Shown in pieces: positions 18,678 to 29,434 of a stretch of 64,000 nucleotides of DNA. The stretch is from an uncultured virus (IMG/VR IMGVR_UViG_3300021256_000093). Taxonomy: Duplodnaviria > Heunggongvirae > Uroviricota > Caudoviricetes. The position numbers and the translations under genes are program-made. Position 1 is the first letter of the stretch; every line of letters begins with the position of its first letter. The notes beneath the pieces were generated by a model, which saw only the letters and a list, made by a program, of their open reading frames with translations, was not told where the DNA came from and did no database searches. The stretch is from IMG/VR virus record IMGVR_UViG_3300021256_000093. One strand, given 5' to 3'.

Positions 18678-19691
18678 ATGAAACGATTAATAGAATTTAT
18701 TAATGAAGAGCTTAATTCTTCAGAAAAGAAAGCAATCAAAAAATTATATAAATTTTTAAATGAACATACAGGTTCATTAGAAGAGTATGTTGATGCTTTA
18801 AATGATGCTTTAAAAAATGCGGATAAAGGTGATAACGCTAAATATTGGATGGTTGCAATTAAATACTTATTTGATGGTGAACATGGTAAAGATTATAAGG
18901 CGCAAAATCATGTTGCAGTAAAAGTAACAGAGCTTTATCCTACACAATCTGAAATTGATATTGAAAATTCAGCAAAATGGATTACTAAAGATTGGGGAGC
19001 AAAAGGAGCAGGAGATATGTTTAAGAAAGAAGCATTTGGTAAGAAATTCCCAGTCCCTGTATTAGTTTATAAAACAGAAGGAAAATATTGGATTATTGAT
19101 GGACACCACCGTTGGTCTCAAATTGGATTAATTAATAGAGATGCATCATTAGATTGTTTGGTTGTTACAGGTCCTGAAAAAGTTCAAGATTTCTTAAAAA
19201 TCACTCAAGGTGCTATTGCTTCTGTTTTAGCATCAGATAATAAGAATAATGGTAAGAAAGGTGATAAACAATTACCTGTAGGTTCAGCACAACCAGAAAA
19301 TAATATTTTTGGTTCAGCACTTAAAGGAGATAAGCTTAAAGAAAGAATTTCTAAAATGTGTACTGAAAATCTTGATAATTGTAAATTATTACAAGAAGCA
19401 TTAACTAAAGCTAATGTTATTGATAAATCAGGTAAATTTATTAATGAAAGTCAAGACAATCGTAAAGAATTTATTGATAGTTTATCTGAACATGTTATGA
19501 AAAATCGAGATAAAATGCTTGAAGCTAAACAAAATCCACCTAAGTGGGCAGAACCTCGTCCAGTAATGCCACAATCTGATGCAGCAGGTCCTAATGATCC
19601 TAAAAGTGCAAAAGATGGTAGTCCAGAAAATGAAGGTTCAGCATTATATAAAATATTACACAAAGGTAAATTCCCTGATATTGAATCATAA
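18678..19691 (+). CDS. ParB/Srx-like domain protein with capsid-targeting-like leader
   Basis: MKRLIEFINE leader; LYPTQ and WIIDGHHRW. Confidence 0.75.
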   Translation: MKRLIEFINEELNSSEKKAIKKLYKFLNEHTGSLEEYVDALNDALKNADKGDNAKYWMVAIKYLFDGEHGKDYKAQNHVAVKVTELYPTQSEIDIENSAKWITKDWGAKGAGDMFKKEAFGKKFPVPVLVYKTEGKYWIIDGHHRWSQIGLINRDASLDCLVVTGPEKVQDFLKITQGAIASVLASDNKNNGKKGDKQLPVGSAQPENNIFGSALKGDKLKERISKMCTENLDNCKLLQEALTKANVIDKSGKFINESQDNRKEFIDSLSEHVMKNRDKMLEAKQNPPKWAEPRPVMPQSDAAGPNDPKSAKDGSPENEGSALYKILHKGKFPDIES

Positions 19692-19698
19692 ATATAAT

Positions 19699-19730
19699 AA
19701 AAATGGAAGACTTAAGTCTTCCATTTTTTT
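19699..19730. terminator. bidirectional intrinsic terminator
   Basis: AAAAATGGAAGAC-TTAA-GTCTTCCATTTTT between convergent genes. Confidence 0.88.
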
Positions 19731-20202
19731 ATGATTTAACTATCCAATCTGCTACTGATGTAACCAATGGCGCAATAGTTTTAAATCTTACATCAAATCC
19801 TATTGATTCTACCCATCCCTTAGCTGTTTGGAATACTTCATAAGATTTAAACTTTGGATTAGGATTAATATCTAAGTCAATATATTTAATTTTTAATCCT
19901 GCATCTTTAAGTTCATTTGCTAAATTAATTGATTCTTCTACTTCTTTTAACAAACGAACTTGTCTTACTCTTTCTTTTTCTGTTTTCCAACGTCTAAATA
20001 TACAATGACCGCCATGACCAGGATTATATAATACTATAACTGTTGAATATGTTGTATGATTATTTTTGTTTTGTGAATCAGTTCCAATTATAATTTCTGT
20101 ATCTTTATGTTCTTTTGTATATTCTTTTATATATTCAGTTATATTTGGTAATTTTTCACCAGTAAACTTTTTAAATGTTACGGTACCTATTGTTTTTTCC
20201 AT
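19729..20202 (-). CDS. RNase H-like YkuK (DUF458) family protein
   Basis: IIIGTDSQ, RLLKEVEES, IDLDIN, VAD. Confidence 0.8.
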   Translation of the reverse strand: MEKTIGTVTFKKFTGEKLPNITEYIKEYTKEHKDTEIIIGTDSQNKNNHTTYSTVIVLYNPGHGGHCIFRRWKTEKERVRQVRLLKEVEESINLANELKDAGLKIKYIDLDINPNPKFKSYEVFQTAKGWVESIGFDVRFKTIAPLVTSVADWIVKS

Positions 20203-20235
20203 AATTAATTATTAAACTTTATTAAAAATATTATT

Positions 20236-21090
20236 TTACATTTTTCTAAAACTTGTCTTTAAATCAAATCCATGTGATATAATCTTTGTCTTATTATCAG
20301 GATTAACTATCGGTTCTTGTTTTACACTCCATAAGAAATTCTCGATATTAATATAAGTATTCAAATCCATTAAGTCGTTATACCAATACTTAAGAATATT
20401 ATCATTAAGCTTATTAAAACAAATATTTGTAATATACTGTGCATCCCGTGTTGAATTTCCAACATGCTTGATTTTATTTTCATTTCTATATTCAAAATAT
20501 ATTGTCTGAGAAATTAAATTATCATTTGCTTCAATCCATACAGGAGCATTCAACTTCATAAATACTTCTCTGCATTCATATTTCCATGCAAACTTTTTAA
20601 GATAATCTCCAATCATTTTAGATGAACTTGGAGGTATAATTTTCTTTGGTATCTTTATATAAGGATGATTTAATGCATAATCATTAATCATTTTTGATAC
20701 ATAATGTTGTATATATGCTTTTTGTTCTTCATTATTTTTTAATGCGCATAACTCATCTACAAATTTATGCGTAAGTGTAGAAGTTATATATTCTGTATTA
20801 TAAGTTATAGTTTCTACACATACTCCAATAACTGGCTGTGAATATACATTAGGAAATACACCAAATATATAATTATCAAACCAAACATATCCTTCAGTTT
20901 TATATTGTCTTGTATATCCTGGATTAGGAACATATCGATTTCTATCTGAGTAAAATTTACCTGTATTATCTTCATACAATTTCTTATATGATTCATACAC
21001 TTTTACAGGTTCACGAACATATACAATATCTGCTTCATAGTCATGCGTGAAGAAATCGTAAAAATCTTTATACTTACAAATTATTTTCAT
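20236..21090 (-). CDS. conserved phage hypothetical protein
   Basis: MKIIxKYKDFYD N-terminus and KIISHGFDLKTSFRK C-terminus, a pattern I recall from large phages. Confidence 0.75.
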   Translation of the reverse strand: MKIICKYKDFYDFFTHDYEADIVYVREPVKVYESYKKLYEDNTGKFYSDRNRYVPNPGYTRQYKTEGYVWFDNYIFGVFPNVYSQPVIGVCVETITYNTEYITSTLTHKFVDELCALKNNEEQKAYIQHYVSKMINDYALNHPYIKIPKKIIPPSSSKMIGDYLKKFAWKYECREVFMKLNAPVWIEANDNLISQTIYFEYRNENKIKHVGNSTRDAQYITNICFNKLNDNILKYWYNDLMDLNTYINIENFLWSVKQEPIVNPDNKTKIISHGFDLKTSFRKM

Positions 21091-21117
21091 ATATTATTTA
21101 AATATTAAACCATAAAT

Positions 21118-21169
21118 AATATAGATATAAATATTCAAAAATTCATTTAAAATAATATTTTTATATATA
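21118..21169. promoter_or_regulatory. back-to-back class I (leftward, 21118-21146) and class II (rightward, 21156-21169) promoter motifs
   Basis: ATGAAT-N17-TATATT on the minus strand; TATTTTTATATATA on the plus strand. Confidence 0.55.
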
Positions 21170-21190
21170 ATGAAATGTTAATAAAAATTA

Positions 21191-23659
21191 ATGCAAGTTA
21201 AATATTTATATATAAATAATTATCAATATAGAATAGAATATATACCATATAATGAAAATTCATTAACAGATAATGAAACTAAATCATTTGTTATGTTAAG
21301 AAATTTTTCATTTATGAATAATGTAGCAATTGATAATAATATATATTTTATTGAGAGAGATATATTTGATAAGTATAAACATCAATTAAAGTTTAATGAA
21401 AATAATATTTTAGTCTTTCCATCTAATCAGGATAATATGTTTTATTCAACAGACTATAAATTATTTAATGATGAATTAACTGACCAAGATTTATACTTAG
21501 AAAATAAAGACAATGAAAATAGTCCATTAGATGGATTAATGGTATATAGTATTTATAAAAAACATATTGATGGTGATAAATATTATTTTACAGAAGATAA
21601 AATTAAATGTAATAAAGTTAATATATATCATCCGCAAATTCATAATACTCGTAATTTTATTATTCATATTGAAAATGTAATAAATAATATTCATTTCCAT
21701 TATTATTGTAGGACTATGAATTCATTATTTACTGAATATCAATATAAGAATGAATATGATTACTTACAATTAAAAGATACTATTAAGAAAACATATAATA
21801 GTAATACAGAATATAGAAATAATCATAATATATATTCAGAATATGTTACTTGCTATATTCCTGATATTAATGAATTATTTGATAGAAATTATGTATTTAA
21901 TGAAGAAATTGGTGATTATGAATATGATTATGATTGGTATTATCAAGAAAATTTAAATATTGTTGAAACTACAGACAATCAAGATTTCATTAATAATATT
22001 ATCATTAATATAGATAATCAAAATAATAGAATTGAAGATAATAATAGTTCTAATATTGAAAAACAATTTGTACCTATAACATTATTTACTCAACCTAGTA
22101 TATTAATAGAAGTTGATGAAGATGAAAATAATGATGGTAAGTTTAGTAAAGATGAGAAAGTATTTAAAAAAGTATATTTTAAATATTTTGAATCTATTGA
22201 TTATAGTTATAATATTGTTCCATTGAATATTTCATTATATCCATATACACATCTTGATAATACAAACCATTATTATGTATTAGATCCAGATTATTTACCT
22301 AATACTTGTTCATTTACTAATCCATATAAATTTACTATTTATAGTATTTGTGATTTTGACTTAAATGGAAAAATATCTATCTTAACTAGATTCCATTATC
22401 CTAATCAAGAATCATATGAATCAATATTTGGTAGTACTAATAGAGCATTAACCGAAGCATATTGTTTTTATCATCATATTATTAATAGAGATATATTCTT
22501 TAAAGATTTCAATACATTATCTGAAGAATATAAAGAAGAATTAGATGAAATAAACAAATTAGACCATGTTACTGATGATAATATTAAGTTTTTAGTATCT
22601 AGTGGATTAGCCGTACCTAATAAACGTAAAGGAATTGGTTTTAATAGTACTAATTATGAAGATTATCCAATAGATGATGATTATTATTTGAATATATTAA
22701 AGAAATCTAAATTTGAAGCGTTCTTAGAAGAATATAAAGATGAGTACCAAGTAAATATTGATTTCTTTGGATTTAAAATACAAATTGCTACTGATACTAA
22801 ATTTAAAAATGTTATTCTAGATAAAGAAATTAGTTTAATAGAATTATCTAATAAACTAGATTTATTAAATTATATAGATAATGAAGCAATAGGTTTTTCT
22901 CCATTTAATGCTCTTCAAAATGGTTTATTCTCATTTAATTTGACAGGTATATTAACTGATTATGCACAATTACCAGATTTATTAATTTGTAAGATTACTT
23001 TTATAGATAGATTAATTGGTAATAATATACAAAGTAATGAAGTATTTATTACCAAGGACCAGTTTAAGTATATTATACAAGTAAATAATGTACCAAGATT
23101 AGATTCAGTTAAGGAACTTAATCTTAAATATAAAGAAACTATATTAGAAAATAAAAATAATATGATTGAATATAATTTAAATAAAGATAATTCATTTTTA
23201 GATATTGTAAATAAAATATCTAATACAGGAAATAATACTGCAGTTAAAGAAGAATTATTAGATTGGTATGAAAATTATAAATCTGATAAGTTTTCATTTG
23301 TAAATAATGTAAATTGTATTATTAAGAAAGATGAAGTAAAGAATACATATCAAACAAAAAATAATAATATACAGATTATTTATAAGCCAATTTTCTTTAA
23401 GACATTTGAATTACCTATGTTACAAATTAGAAAGGGTAAAACACAAAATATAGGAATTGACTTAACTGAATATATTTCTAAGACAACTTCATTTATATTA
23501 AAGATAAATAATGAAGTATATTATGAAATAGGCCGAAATAGTAATTATGTATTATTTACAGTTAATACATTAAATTATGAAGAAGATGGTGGTGTATATG
23601 AAATATATGACCAAGATAGTAACTATATTACTTATGGTAATTGGACATTAATTTTATAA
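21191..23659 (+). CDS. hypothetical protein, probably structural
   Basis: 822-aa ORF heading the baseplate operon. Confidence 0.7.
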   Translation: MQVKYLYINNYQYRIEYIPYNENSLTDNETKSFVMLRNFSFMNNVAIDNNIYFIERDIFDKYKHQLKFNENNILVFPSNQDNMFYSTDYKLFNDELTDQDLYLENKDNENSPLDGLMVYSIYKKHIDGDKYYFTEDKIKCNKVNIYHPQIHNTRNFIIHIENVINNIHFHYYCRTMNSLFTEYQYKNEYDYLQLKDTIKKTYNSNTEYRNNHNIYSEYVTCYIPDINELFDRNYVFNEEIGDYEYDYDWYYQENLNIVETTDNQDFINNIIINIDNQNNRIEDNNSSNIEKQFVPITLFTQPSILIEVDEDENNDGKFSKDEKVFKKVYFKYFESIDYSYNIVPLNISLYPYTHLDNTNHYYVLDPDYLPNTCSFTNPYKFTIYSICDFDLNGKISILTRFHYPNQESYESIFGSTNRALTEAYCFYHHIINRDIFFKDFNTLSEEYKEELDEINKLDHVTDDNIKFLVSSGLAVPNKRKGIGFNSTNYEDYPIDDDYYLNILKKSKFEAFLEEYKDEYQVNIDFFGFKIQIATDTKFKNVILDKEISLIELSNKLDLLNYIDNEAIGFSPFNALQNGLFSFNLTGILTDYAQLPDLLICKITFIDRLIGNNIQSNEVFITKDQFKYIIQVNNVPRLDSVKELNLKYKETILENKNNMIEYNLNKDNSFLDIVNKISNTGNNTAVKEELLDWYENYKSDKFSFVNNVNCIIKKDEVKNTYQTKNNNIQIIYKPIFFKTFELPMLQIRKGKTQNIGIDLTEYISKTTSFILKINNEVYYEIGRNSNYVLFTVNTLNYEEDGGVYEIYDQDSNYITYGNWTLIL

Positions 23660-23679
23660 AATAACTATAAATATTAATT

Positions 23680-24024
23680 ATGATAGATCTTGCTATTGAT
23701 TCACGTATATTTTTAACAGAAGAAATTGATTTAGCTGTTCAAGAATTAGATGTTTTATTTAATACTGAAAATACTCAGTTATTAGGTATGCCTGATTTTG
23801 GTAGTAACTTCGAACAATTTCTATGGCAGTTATATCCATCTGTCAATGAACTTAAAAAATATATAGATGAATTAATTTTTAATAAAACTATTTTTTTGAA
23901 AAAATTTGAAGTTAATATTGAAGTACAAATATTAGATGGAGAAACTAGAAAAATATATTTAGTAGGAATAGAAATATTTGATGGAACTGGTGAGCAAAGA
24001 CAACGTGTTTACCAATTTAGATAA
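23680..24024 (+). CDS. baseplate wedge subunit, T4 gp25-like
   Basis: LFNT...MPDFGSNxxxFLW motif, 114-aa size, next to a gp6-like gene. Confidence 0.75.
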   Translation: MIDLAIDSRIFLTEEIDLAVQELDVLFNTENTQLLGMPDFGSNFEQFLWQLYPSVNELKKYIDELIFNKTIFLKKFEVNIEVQILDGETRKIYLVGIEIFDGTGEQRQRVYQFR

Positions 24025-24046
24025 AAATACAATATAATATGATAGT

Positions 24047-25726
24047 ATGAAATTATTTAAAGTAATGGATACGATGTTTGACAATTTTGATAATAGTGTT
24101 CAAACATATTTAGCAAAAGCATTTAATAGTTTAGGATTAAAATATACAAATACACAAATCTTTAATATTATCTTTACTGGTATTAAGGGTGTTATGCAAA
24201 ATATATTATTCTATATTGAAGATGCTTTTACAGAACAAAATGTATTCACAGCAACTCGTAGAAATTCTATATATTCATTAGCAAAGATATCTGGATTTGA
24301 ACCTAGTTATGGAACATCTTCTGGTGGTATATTATTAGCTAAACTACATATTAATAATGGATTGAATAAAACAAAGAATAACTTATTTATTAAAAATCAT
24401 ACTCATATTATAAATAAGAATACCGGAGTTATATATTCAGTTATATTACCTACAGACTATTATATTGTAAATGTATCTAATCCATTAGTAGAATATCAAT
24501 TAAGAATACAGCAAGGAACATTTATTAAATACGAATATGTAGCACAAGGAAATGCTTTAGAAACTATTCATATTACATCATTAGGTTTATTTGATAGAAA
24601 TTATATTGAAGTCTTTGTGGATGGTGAGCTTTGGGACGAAACTGCATGTCTTTATGATATGTATGAAAATTCTCACACATATACTATACAAATTGGATAT
24701 GATAATACATTTGATGTTATTTTTGGTGATGGCTTATATGGTCAAAAACTTAGAGATGGACAAAATGTACGTATTGAGTATTTACAGCATAATGGCTTAA
24801 TAGGAAATATATTCTATAATGAAAGTGTAAAATTTGAATTTGCTGATTCTGGTAGTGATACATTAGGAAATACTGTAAATATTAATGAATTTATTGACTT
24901 AAGTATTAATACATATATTTCTGGTGGTAATAATGCTGATTCAATAGGATTTATACGTAATATGATAGGTATGAATTCTCGTTCATTAGTTTATTCTACA
25001 ACAGATAATATGAAATTATTCTTATCTAGATTTTCATTTATAGGATATACGAATTGTTATGCATCATTAGTAAATAATAAGATATATATAATAGCATTAC
25101 AAAATATTGAAAATTTATATAAAGATGATAAGTCTATTTATTATACTATAGATGAAAATGATTTATATTTATCTACTGACCAAAAAAATATGGTTCTTGC
25201 AACATTAAGTAATTCTAAACATTCAATTGCAGGATTTAATGTAGAATTTATAAATCCTCTTATTAGAAAGTATTCAATTGTTTGCTATATTAAACCTAAT
25301 TCGACATATAATAAAGATATTATTTCAGATAGAGTTAAATCATTATTGTTAGATTATTTCATTAATATTAAGTATGATGTTAATTTTATTTCTAAATCAG
25401 ATTTAATTAATTTGATTTTAAATAATGATACAGATAATTTAATTCAGTCTATTGATTTGAATTTTATTTCTGAATATAATGAAATGGCATATGCATCACA
25501 AGAGTACATAGAATACTTATCTAATATTGATTATTATCAGAATAATTATGTTGTTAATAAATATAATATGACTAATACTCCTGGGTTAGATGCATTTGGA
25601 AATATCTCATTAAATACTATTATTGAAATACCTAAACTCGCATCTGTTAAATATTATATTAATAAAGAGTCAAGAAATATGAATGACTTTATTCAAACAG
25701 ATCCTATAGAAATATATTTTATTTAA
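24047..25726 (+). CDS. baseplate wedge subunit, T4 gp6-like
   Basis: TATRRNSIYSLAKISGF, IFGDGLYG, VRIEYL, GGNNADS. Confidence 0.8.
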   Translation: MKLFKVMDTMFDNFDNSVQTYLAKAFNSLGLKYTNTQIFNIIFTGIKGVMQNILFYIEDAFTEQNVFTATRRNSIYSLAKISGFEPSYGTSSGGILLAKLHINNGLNKTKNNLFIKNHTHIINKNTGVIYSVILPTDYYIVNVSNPLVEYQLRIQQGTFIKYEYVAQGNALETIHITSLGLFDRNYIEVFVDGELWDETACLYDMYENSHTYTIQIGYDNTFDVIFGDGLYGQKLRDGQNVRIEYLQHNGLIGNIFYNESVKFEFADSGSDTLGNTVNINEFIDLSINTYISGGNNADSIGFIRNMIGMNSRSLVYSTTDNMKLFLSRFSFIGYTNCYASLVNNKIYIIALQNIENLYKDDKSIYYTIDENDLYLSTDQKNMVLATLSNSKHSIAGFNVEFINPLIRKYSIVCYIKPNSTYNKDIISDRVKSLLLDYFINIKYDVNFISKSDLINLILNNDTDNLIQSIDLNFISEYNEMAYASQEYIEYLSNIDYYQNNYVVNKYNMTNTPGLDAFGNISLNTIIEIPKLASVKYYINKESRNMNDFIQTDPIEIYFI

Positions 25727-25733
25727 ATTTAAT

Positions 25734-25747
25734 TATTTTTATATATA
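25734..25747 (+). promoter_or_regulatory. putative class II promoter
   Basis: exact TATTTTTATATATA. Confidence 0.55.
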
Positions 25748-25769
25748 ATATTTATTTGATAATGTAACT

Positions 25770-26054
25770 ATGAAATCAATGAGAGAATTAGCAGAAGCTC
25801 AACCAATTAATGAGGCTGCAATGTATGAAGATATTATACAAAAATTAACTGAAGCAAAAGAAAATGGTACACCAATTGATGAAGGTCTTCTTGGTGCTAT
25901 TGGTGGTGCAATATTAGGTTCAGCATTTGGTCCTAAGCTTGGCGGAGCAATATGTAAAGCTCTGGGTGTAGATCCTAAAGGAACATTTGGAAGCTTATTA
26001 ACATCTAAACTTGTAATGGGTTCTATTGGATTAACAATGGGCTGGAAAATGTAA
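25770..26054 (+). CDS. glycine-zipper protein with acidic, probably cleaved N-terminal region
   Basis: LAE/INE/LTE/IDE sites, then GLLGAIGGAILGSAFGPKLGG. Confidence 0.7.
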   Translation: MKSMRELAEAQPINEAAMYEDIIQKLTEAKENGTPIDEGLLGAIGGAILGSAFGPKLGGAICKALGVDPKGTFGSLLTSKLVMGSIGLTMGWKM

Positions 26055-26075
26055 AATTTATTATAATAAATACTT

Positions 26076-26399
26076 ATGAAAGATATTAAACATTTTATAT
26101 TAGAATCTATAAATGATAAAAGGCATATTGCTGTAGATAAATATATGGCTAATCATTGGTCTGTATCTATTGATGGACAAACTAAATTTTTTATAAATAA
26201 AGATGGTTTTATATTTAGACCTGATGAAAAACATTTTCAAAAATCGAATTCAATAAATGGTTCAAAAGATGAAAATGATTTAGCAGTATATCATTGTTGT
26301 AATGATGATGATGCAGTACTAGTTAGCAAAGCCATTAATAAAGAAATAGGTAATGATAAAGTTCATTGGGATATGTTTAGGCAAATAAATAAAAAATAA
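26076..26399 (+). CDS. hypothetical protein with capsid-targeting-like leader
   Basis: MKDIKHFILE. Confidence 0.75.
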   Translation: MKDIKHFILESINDKRHIAVDKYMANHWSVSIDGQTKFFINKDGFIFRPDEKHFQKSNSINGSKDENDLAVYHCCNDDDAVLVSKAINKEIGNDKVHWDMFRQINKK

Positions 26400-26403
26400 T
26401 ATA

Positions 26404-27636
26404 ATGAAAAATTTAAATCAAAAATTTAATGAAACAATAAATATATCTTTAGGTCAAATATCTACAGTTAATGAAGCTTGGGGTACTCAGCCCACTAGAA
26501 GATTCAAAGCAGATTTGGAAAAAATATTTGCTGAATATGATAAAGCTGATGAAGCAAAGAAAAAGAAAATGGCAGCAAATAAACCTTATGATGCTAGACA
26601 AGGTAAAGGTCCTGCAGCAAAGTTAGCAAAATATCCAATGCAGATTCTTATTGATAAAGTAGGATATACACCAAAAGAATTAACTAAAATTATTTGGGGA
26701 AGAAAAGGACGTGAAGAAAAAACAGAATATAATAAAGAAGACTATGGAAAGTTTATTCTTCAACAATTAGAAGATGGTAAGTTTACAAAAGAAGACTTAC
26801 TTAAATGGTGGGAAGAATATGCTAATGAAGTTAATAAAGCTAATTGGCATGATATTAAATTCCTTGTAAAGCAAATTGATCCTACAAGATGCTGGAGTCC
26901 TTATTATCCTAAAGATGATTCAGTTATTACAGCAATATTAAAAGAACCTGCAAGATTAGTTTCTTATCTAAAATCAGGAAATGATTTAACATGGGCTGAA
27001 AAAGATGAGTTAAAAGAATTCTTATCAGATCCAGTTAACGTAGAAGCATCTAAAGCTGCATTAAAAGGTGTTAAAAATTCTATTATGAAAGCACGTCCAA
27101 CATTTGCTACTGGTGTTGAAAATCATATTAAATCACTTATTGAATCATGCGAATATGATGGTGAAAGGGGTGCATTACTTCAACATTTAAAAGGAGAATA
27201 TAAATCAAATCATGGTAGGATACGTTATCAAGGTTCAAATGATTTTGAAGGATGCTATGGTTCAGCAGTAGTTGGATTAATACTTAAAGTAATAAATCAA
27301 CTTTATGGATTTGAAGTTTGGCATTCAATGTATCTTGATGATACCGATGATTCATATTATGCTGATGTTGAGCAAAAAGTACAAGTTAAGGGAGAAGTAT
27401 CTGATGAAACATTAGAAGGATTCCTTGATGATGCAGATAGTATGAAATTTATTGTTAATGATAAAGGAGAATCTGAAGAGAATGGAGAAACTGGCACTGT
27501 ATCTTCATCATCATTCTGGACATATTACAGACATGATTTTGAAGTAATATGCAGAGTACATGGTGAAGAAGTTTTCCATGAAACATTTAAAAATGTAACT
27601 GTTGGATCTTCATATTATTCAGGAGGTTGGAATTAA
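26404..27636 (+). CDS. hypothetical protein with capsid-targeting-like leader
   Basis: MKNLNQKFNE...VNE. Confidence 0.75.
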   Translation: MKNLNQKFNETINISLGQISTVNEAWGTQPTRRFKADLEKIFAEYDKADEAKKKKMAANKPYDARQGKGPAAKLAKYPMQILIDKVGYTPKELTKIIWGRKGREEKTEYNKEDYGKFILQQLEDGKFTKEDLLKWWEEYANEVNKANWHDIKFLVKQIDPTRCWSPYYPKDDSVITAILKEPARLVSYLKSGNDLTWAEKDELKEFLSDPVNVEASKAALKGVKNSIMKARPTFATGVENHIKSLIESCEYDGERGALLQHLKGEYKSNHGRIRYQGSNDFEGCYGSAVVGLILKVINQLYGFEVWHSMYLDDTDDSYYADVEQKVQVKGEVSDETLEGFLDDADSMKFIVNDKGESEENGETGTVSSSSFWTYYRHDFEVICRVHGEEVFHETFKNVTVGSSYYSGGWN

Positions 27637-27653
27637 ATATATAAAAATTAATT

Positions 27654-27998
27654 ATGAAAGATATTAAGACATATTTATTTGAAACACAAGGAGAACACGA
27701 TAAAAGTAAAGTTTATGATGATTTATATGCTGATGTAGAACCATATCTTAAAGATTGGGGAGCAGGTCCTGTTTATGGTTGGAAAGGTGACCAAGGAATA
27801 GCATTCCAAGTAACTAAAGGAAAAAATATTAGTAAAAATGATTGGATTGTTATTAAATATAATAAACAATATGATGACTTAACAATTTTACTTTCAGAAT
27901 ATGGCTCTGGAGATGAAGATTCTGCAAAAGAAATTGAAGATAATATTTATGCAGGGCAAGAAGCAAATATTATTAATCAAATGTTAGGTATTAAATAA
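27654..27998 (+). CDS. hypothetical protein with capsid-targeting-like leader
   Basis: MKDIKTYLFE. Confidence 0.75.
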   Translation: MKDIKTYLFETQGEHDKSKVYDDLYADVEPYLKDWGAGPVYGWKGDQGIAFQVTKGKNISKNDWIVIKYNKQYDDLTILLSEYGSGDEDSAKEIEDNIYAGQEANIINQMLGIK

Positions 27999-28100
27999 AT
28001 TATTATAATAAACTATTAAAATTATTATTATTAATAAAAGATATGATATTTTATCATATATTAAATTAGATTTTATAAAAATATAACAAATATATAAGTT

Positions 28101-29378
28101 ATGAGCGTAAATTTATTAAAAAACCTTGACTTTGCTACAAAATTAAATAGTAATGAAGCTATTACAGAAGCAGGTAAGGAAATTCTTAAAGGTTATAGAG
28201 CATATATGTATACTAATGCTCCTACATGTGGAATAGTTAATAACTTTGTTCTTGAAGCTTCTAAATGTAGTTTTGACTCAGGTTTGAATAAAGTTGTTGA
28301 ATCTGTAAAAGAATATATTAATGAAAATAATATTTCATGGAAATTAGCTTCTGCATGCGAATCAATTTCAGCAAATAATAGTCAATATAATTATATTAAC
28401 AAATTAGGAGTTGAACAAGTTGAAAAATTACTTGAAATGAATGAAAATGATGTTATAAGTTATATTAAAGCTGGTGTTTTAAAGAATATTCAATATATTC
28501 CTGAATTTAGACAAATTTGCAAAGAAGTTTATAAACAAACTATTACAGAAACACAAGCTCAAAACTATTCTATTGTAAATCCTATTAGTTATATATATGT
28601 AAATGAAAGTAATGAAACTTTCTTTAGTGTTTTAGGTAAAACATATAAATTAGCTGATAATAAGATTTCTGAGTCTAATTGTGATAATCAGACTTATGTT
28701 CGTATGAATCAATTATTAGAAGGATTTAAACGTGAAGGTGAAAATATGTATGTTGAAATGAATGGAGTTCATGGTGACAAAATTCGTTTCACAATTAATG
28801 AACATAATATTTTAGTAAATTGCAAAGGTTTAAAATCAATTAACGAATGTTTTGACAATGTTGTAGATTTCCAAGAATATTGTAATACAATTTCAAAGAT
28901 TATGCCAATGAATGAAAAACTTGCATTTATGAATTTATCAAATGTAGTTAGTGAGGTTTATGGAAATATTGATAATATTGGTTTATTAGAAAATGTTAAG
29001 ATTCTTAATACAAATAATGGAACATGCTGCGCAATTATTGAAGCTAAAGATAATGTTAATTTGACAGTATTTAGAAATTATAAATATGGTAGTGGTACTT
29101 ATTCATATGATTATGTTGTAGAAGCATTGAATGAAGTTATCAAATTAACAGGTATTGATTTGAAACAAATGTTTGAAGATAGAATTAATGAAGATATGAA
29201 AAAGTTAGATCCTCAAGCACAAGAAATTAAAGAACAACTTGAAGAAAATAAACAAGCATCTTTTGCTATTCGTAAGAAAAAGATTGCAATGTTAGCTGAA
29301 CAATACAAGAATGACCCAGTTAAAATTGCATTATTAAGTAAAGTAGCAAAAGACTTATCAGTATTAGAAAAACAATAA
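28101..29378 (+). CDS. putative prohead core/scaffold-like protein
   Basis: very high density of [ILVMF]-x-E tripeptides; C-terminal coiled coil. Confidence 0.55.
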   Translation: MSVNLLKNLDFATKLNSNEAITEAGKEILKGYRAYMYTNAPTCGIVNNFVLEASKCSFDSGLNKVVESVKEYINENNISWKLASACESISANNSQYNYINKLGVEQVEKLLEMNENDVISYIKAGVLKNIQYIPEFRQICKEVYKQTITETQAQNYSIVNPISYIYVNESNETFFSVLGKTYKLADNKISESNCDNQTYVRMNQLLEGFKREGENMYVEMNGVHGDKIRFTINEHNILVNCKGLKSINECFDNVVDFQEYCNTISKIMPMNEKLAFMNLSNVVSEVYGNIDNIGLLENVKILNTNNGTCCAIIEAKDNVNLTVFRNYKYGSGTYSYDYVVEALNEVIKLTGIDLKQMFEDRINEDMKKLDPQAQEIKEQLEENKQASFAIRKKKIAMLAEQYKNDPVKIALLSKVAKDLSVLEKQ

Positions 29379-29403
29379 ATTTGACTATTATATATTTAAC
29401 AGT

Positions 29404-29434
29404 AAAGCTAGAGCTTATAAGCTCTAGCTTTTTT
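29404..29434. terminator. bidirectional intrinsic terminator
   Basis: AAAGCTAGAGC-TTATAA-GCTCTAGCTTT between convergent genes. Confidence 0.85.
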
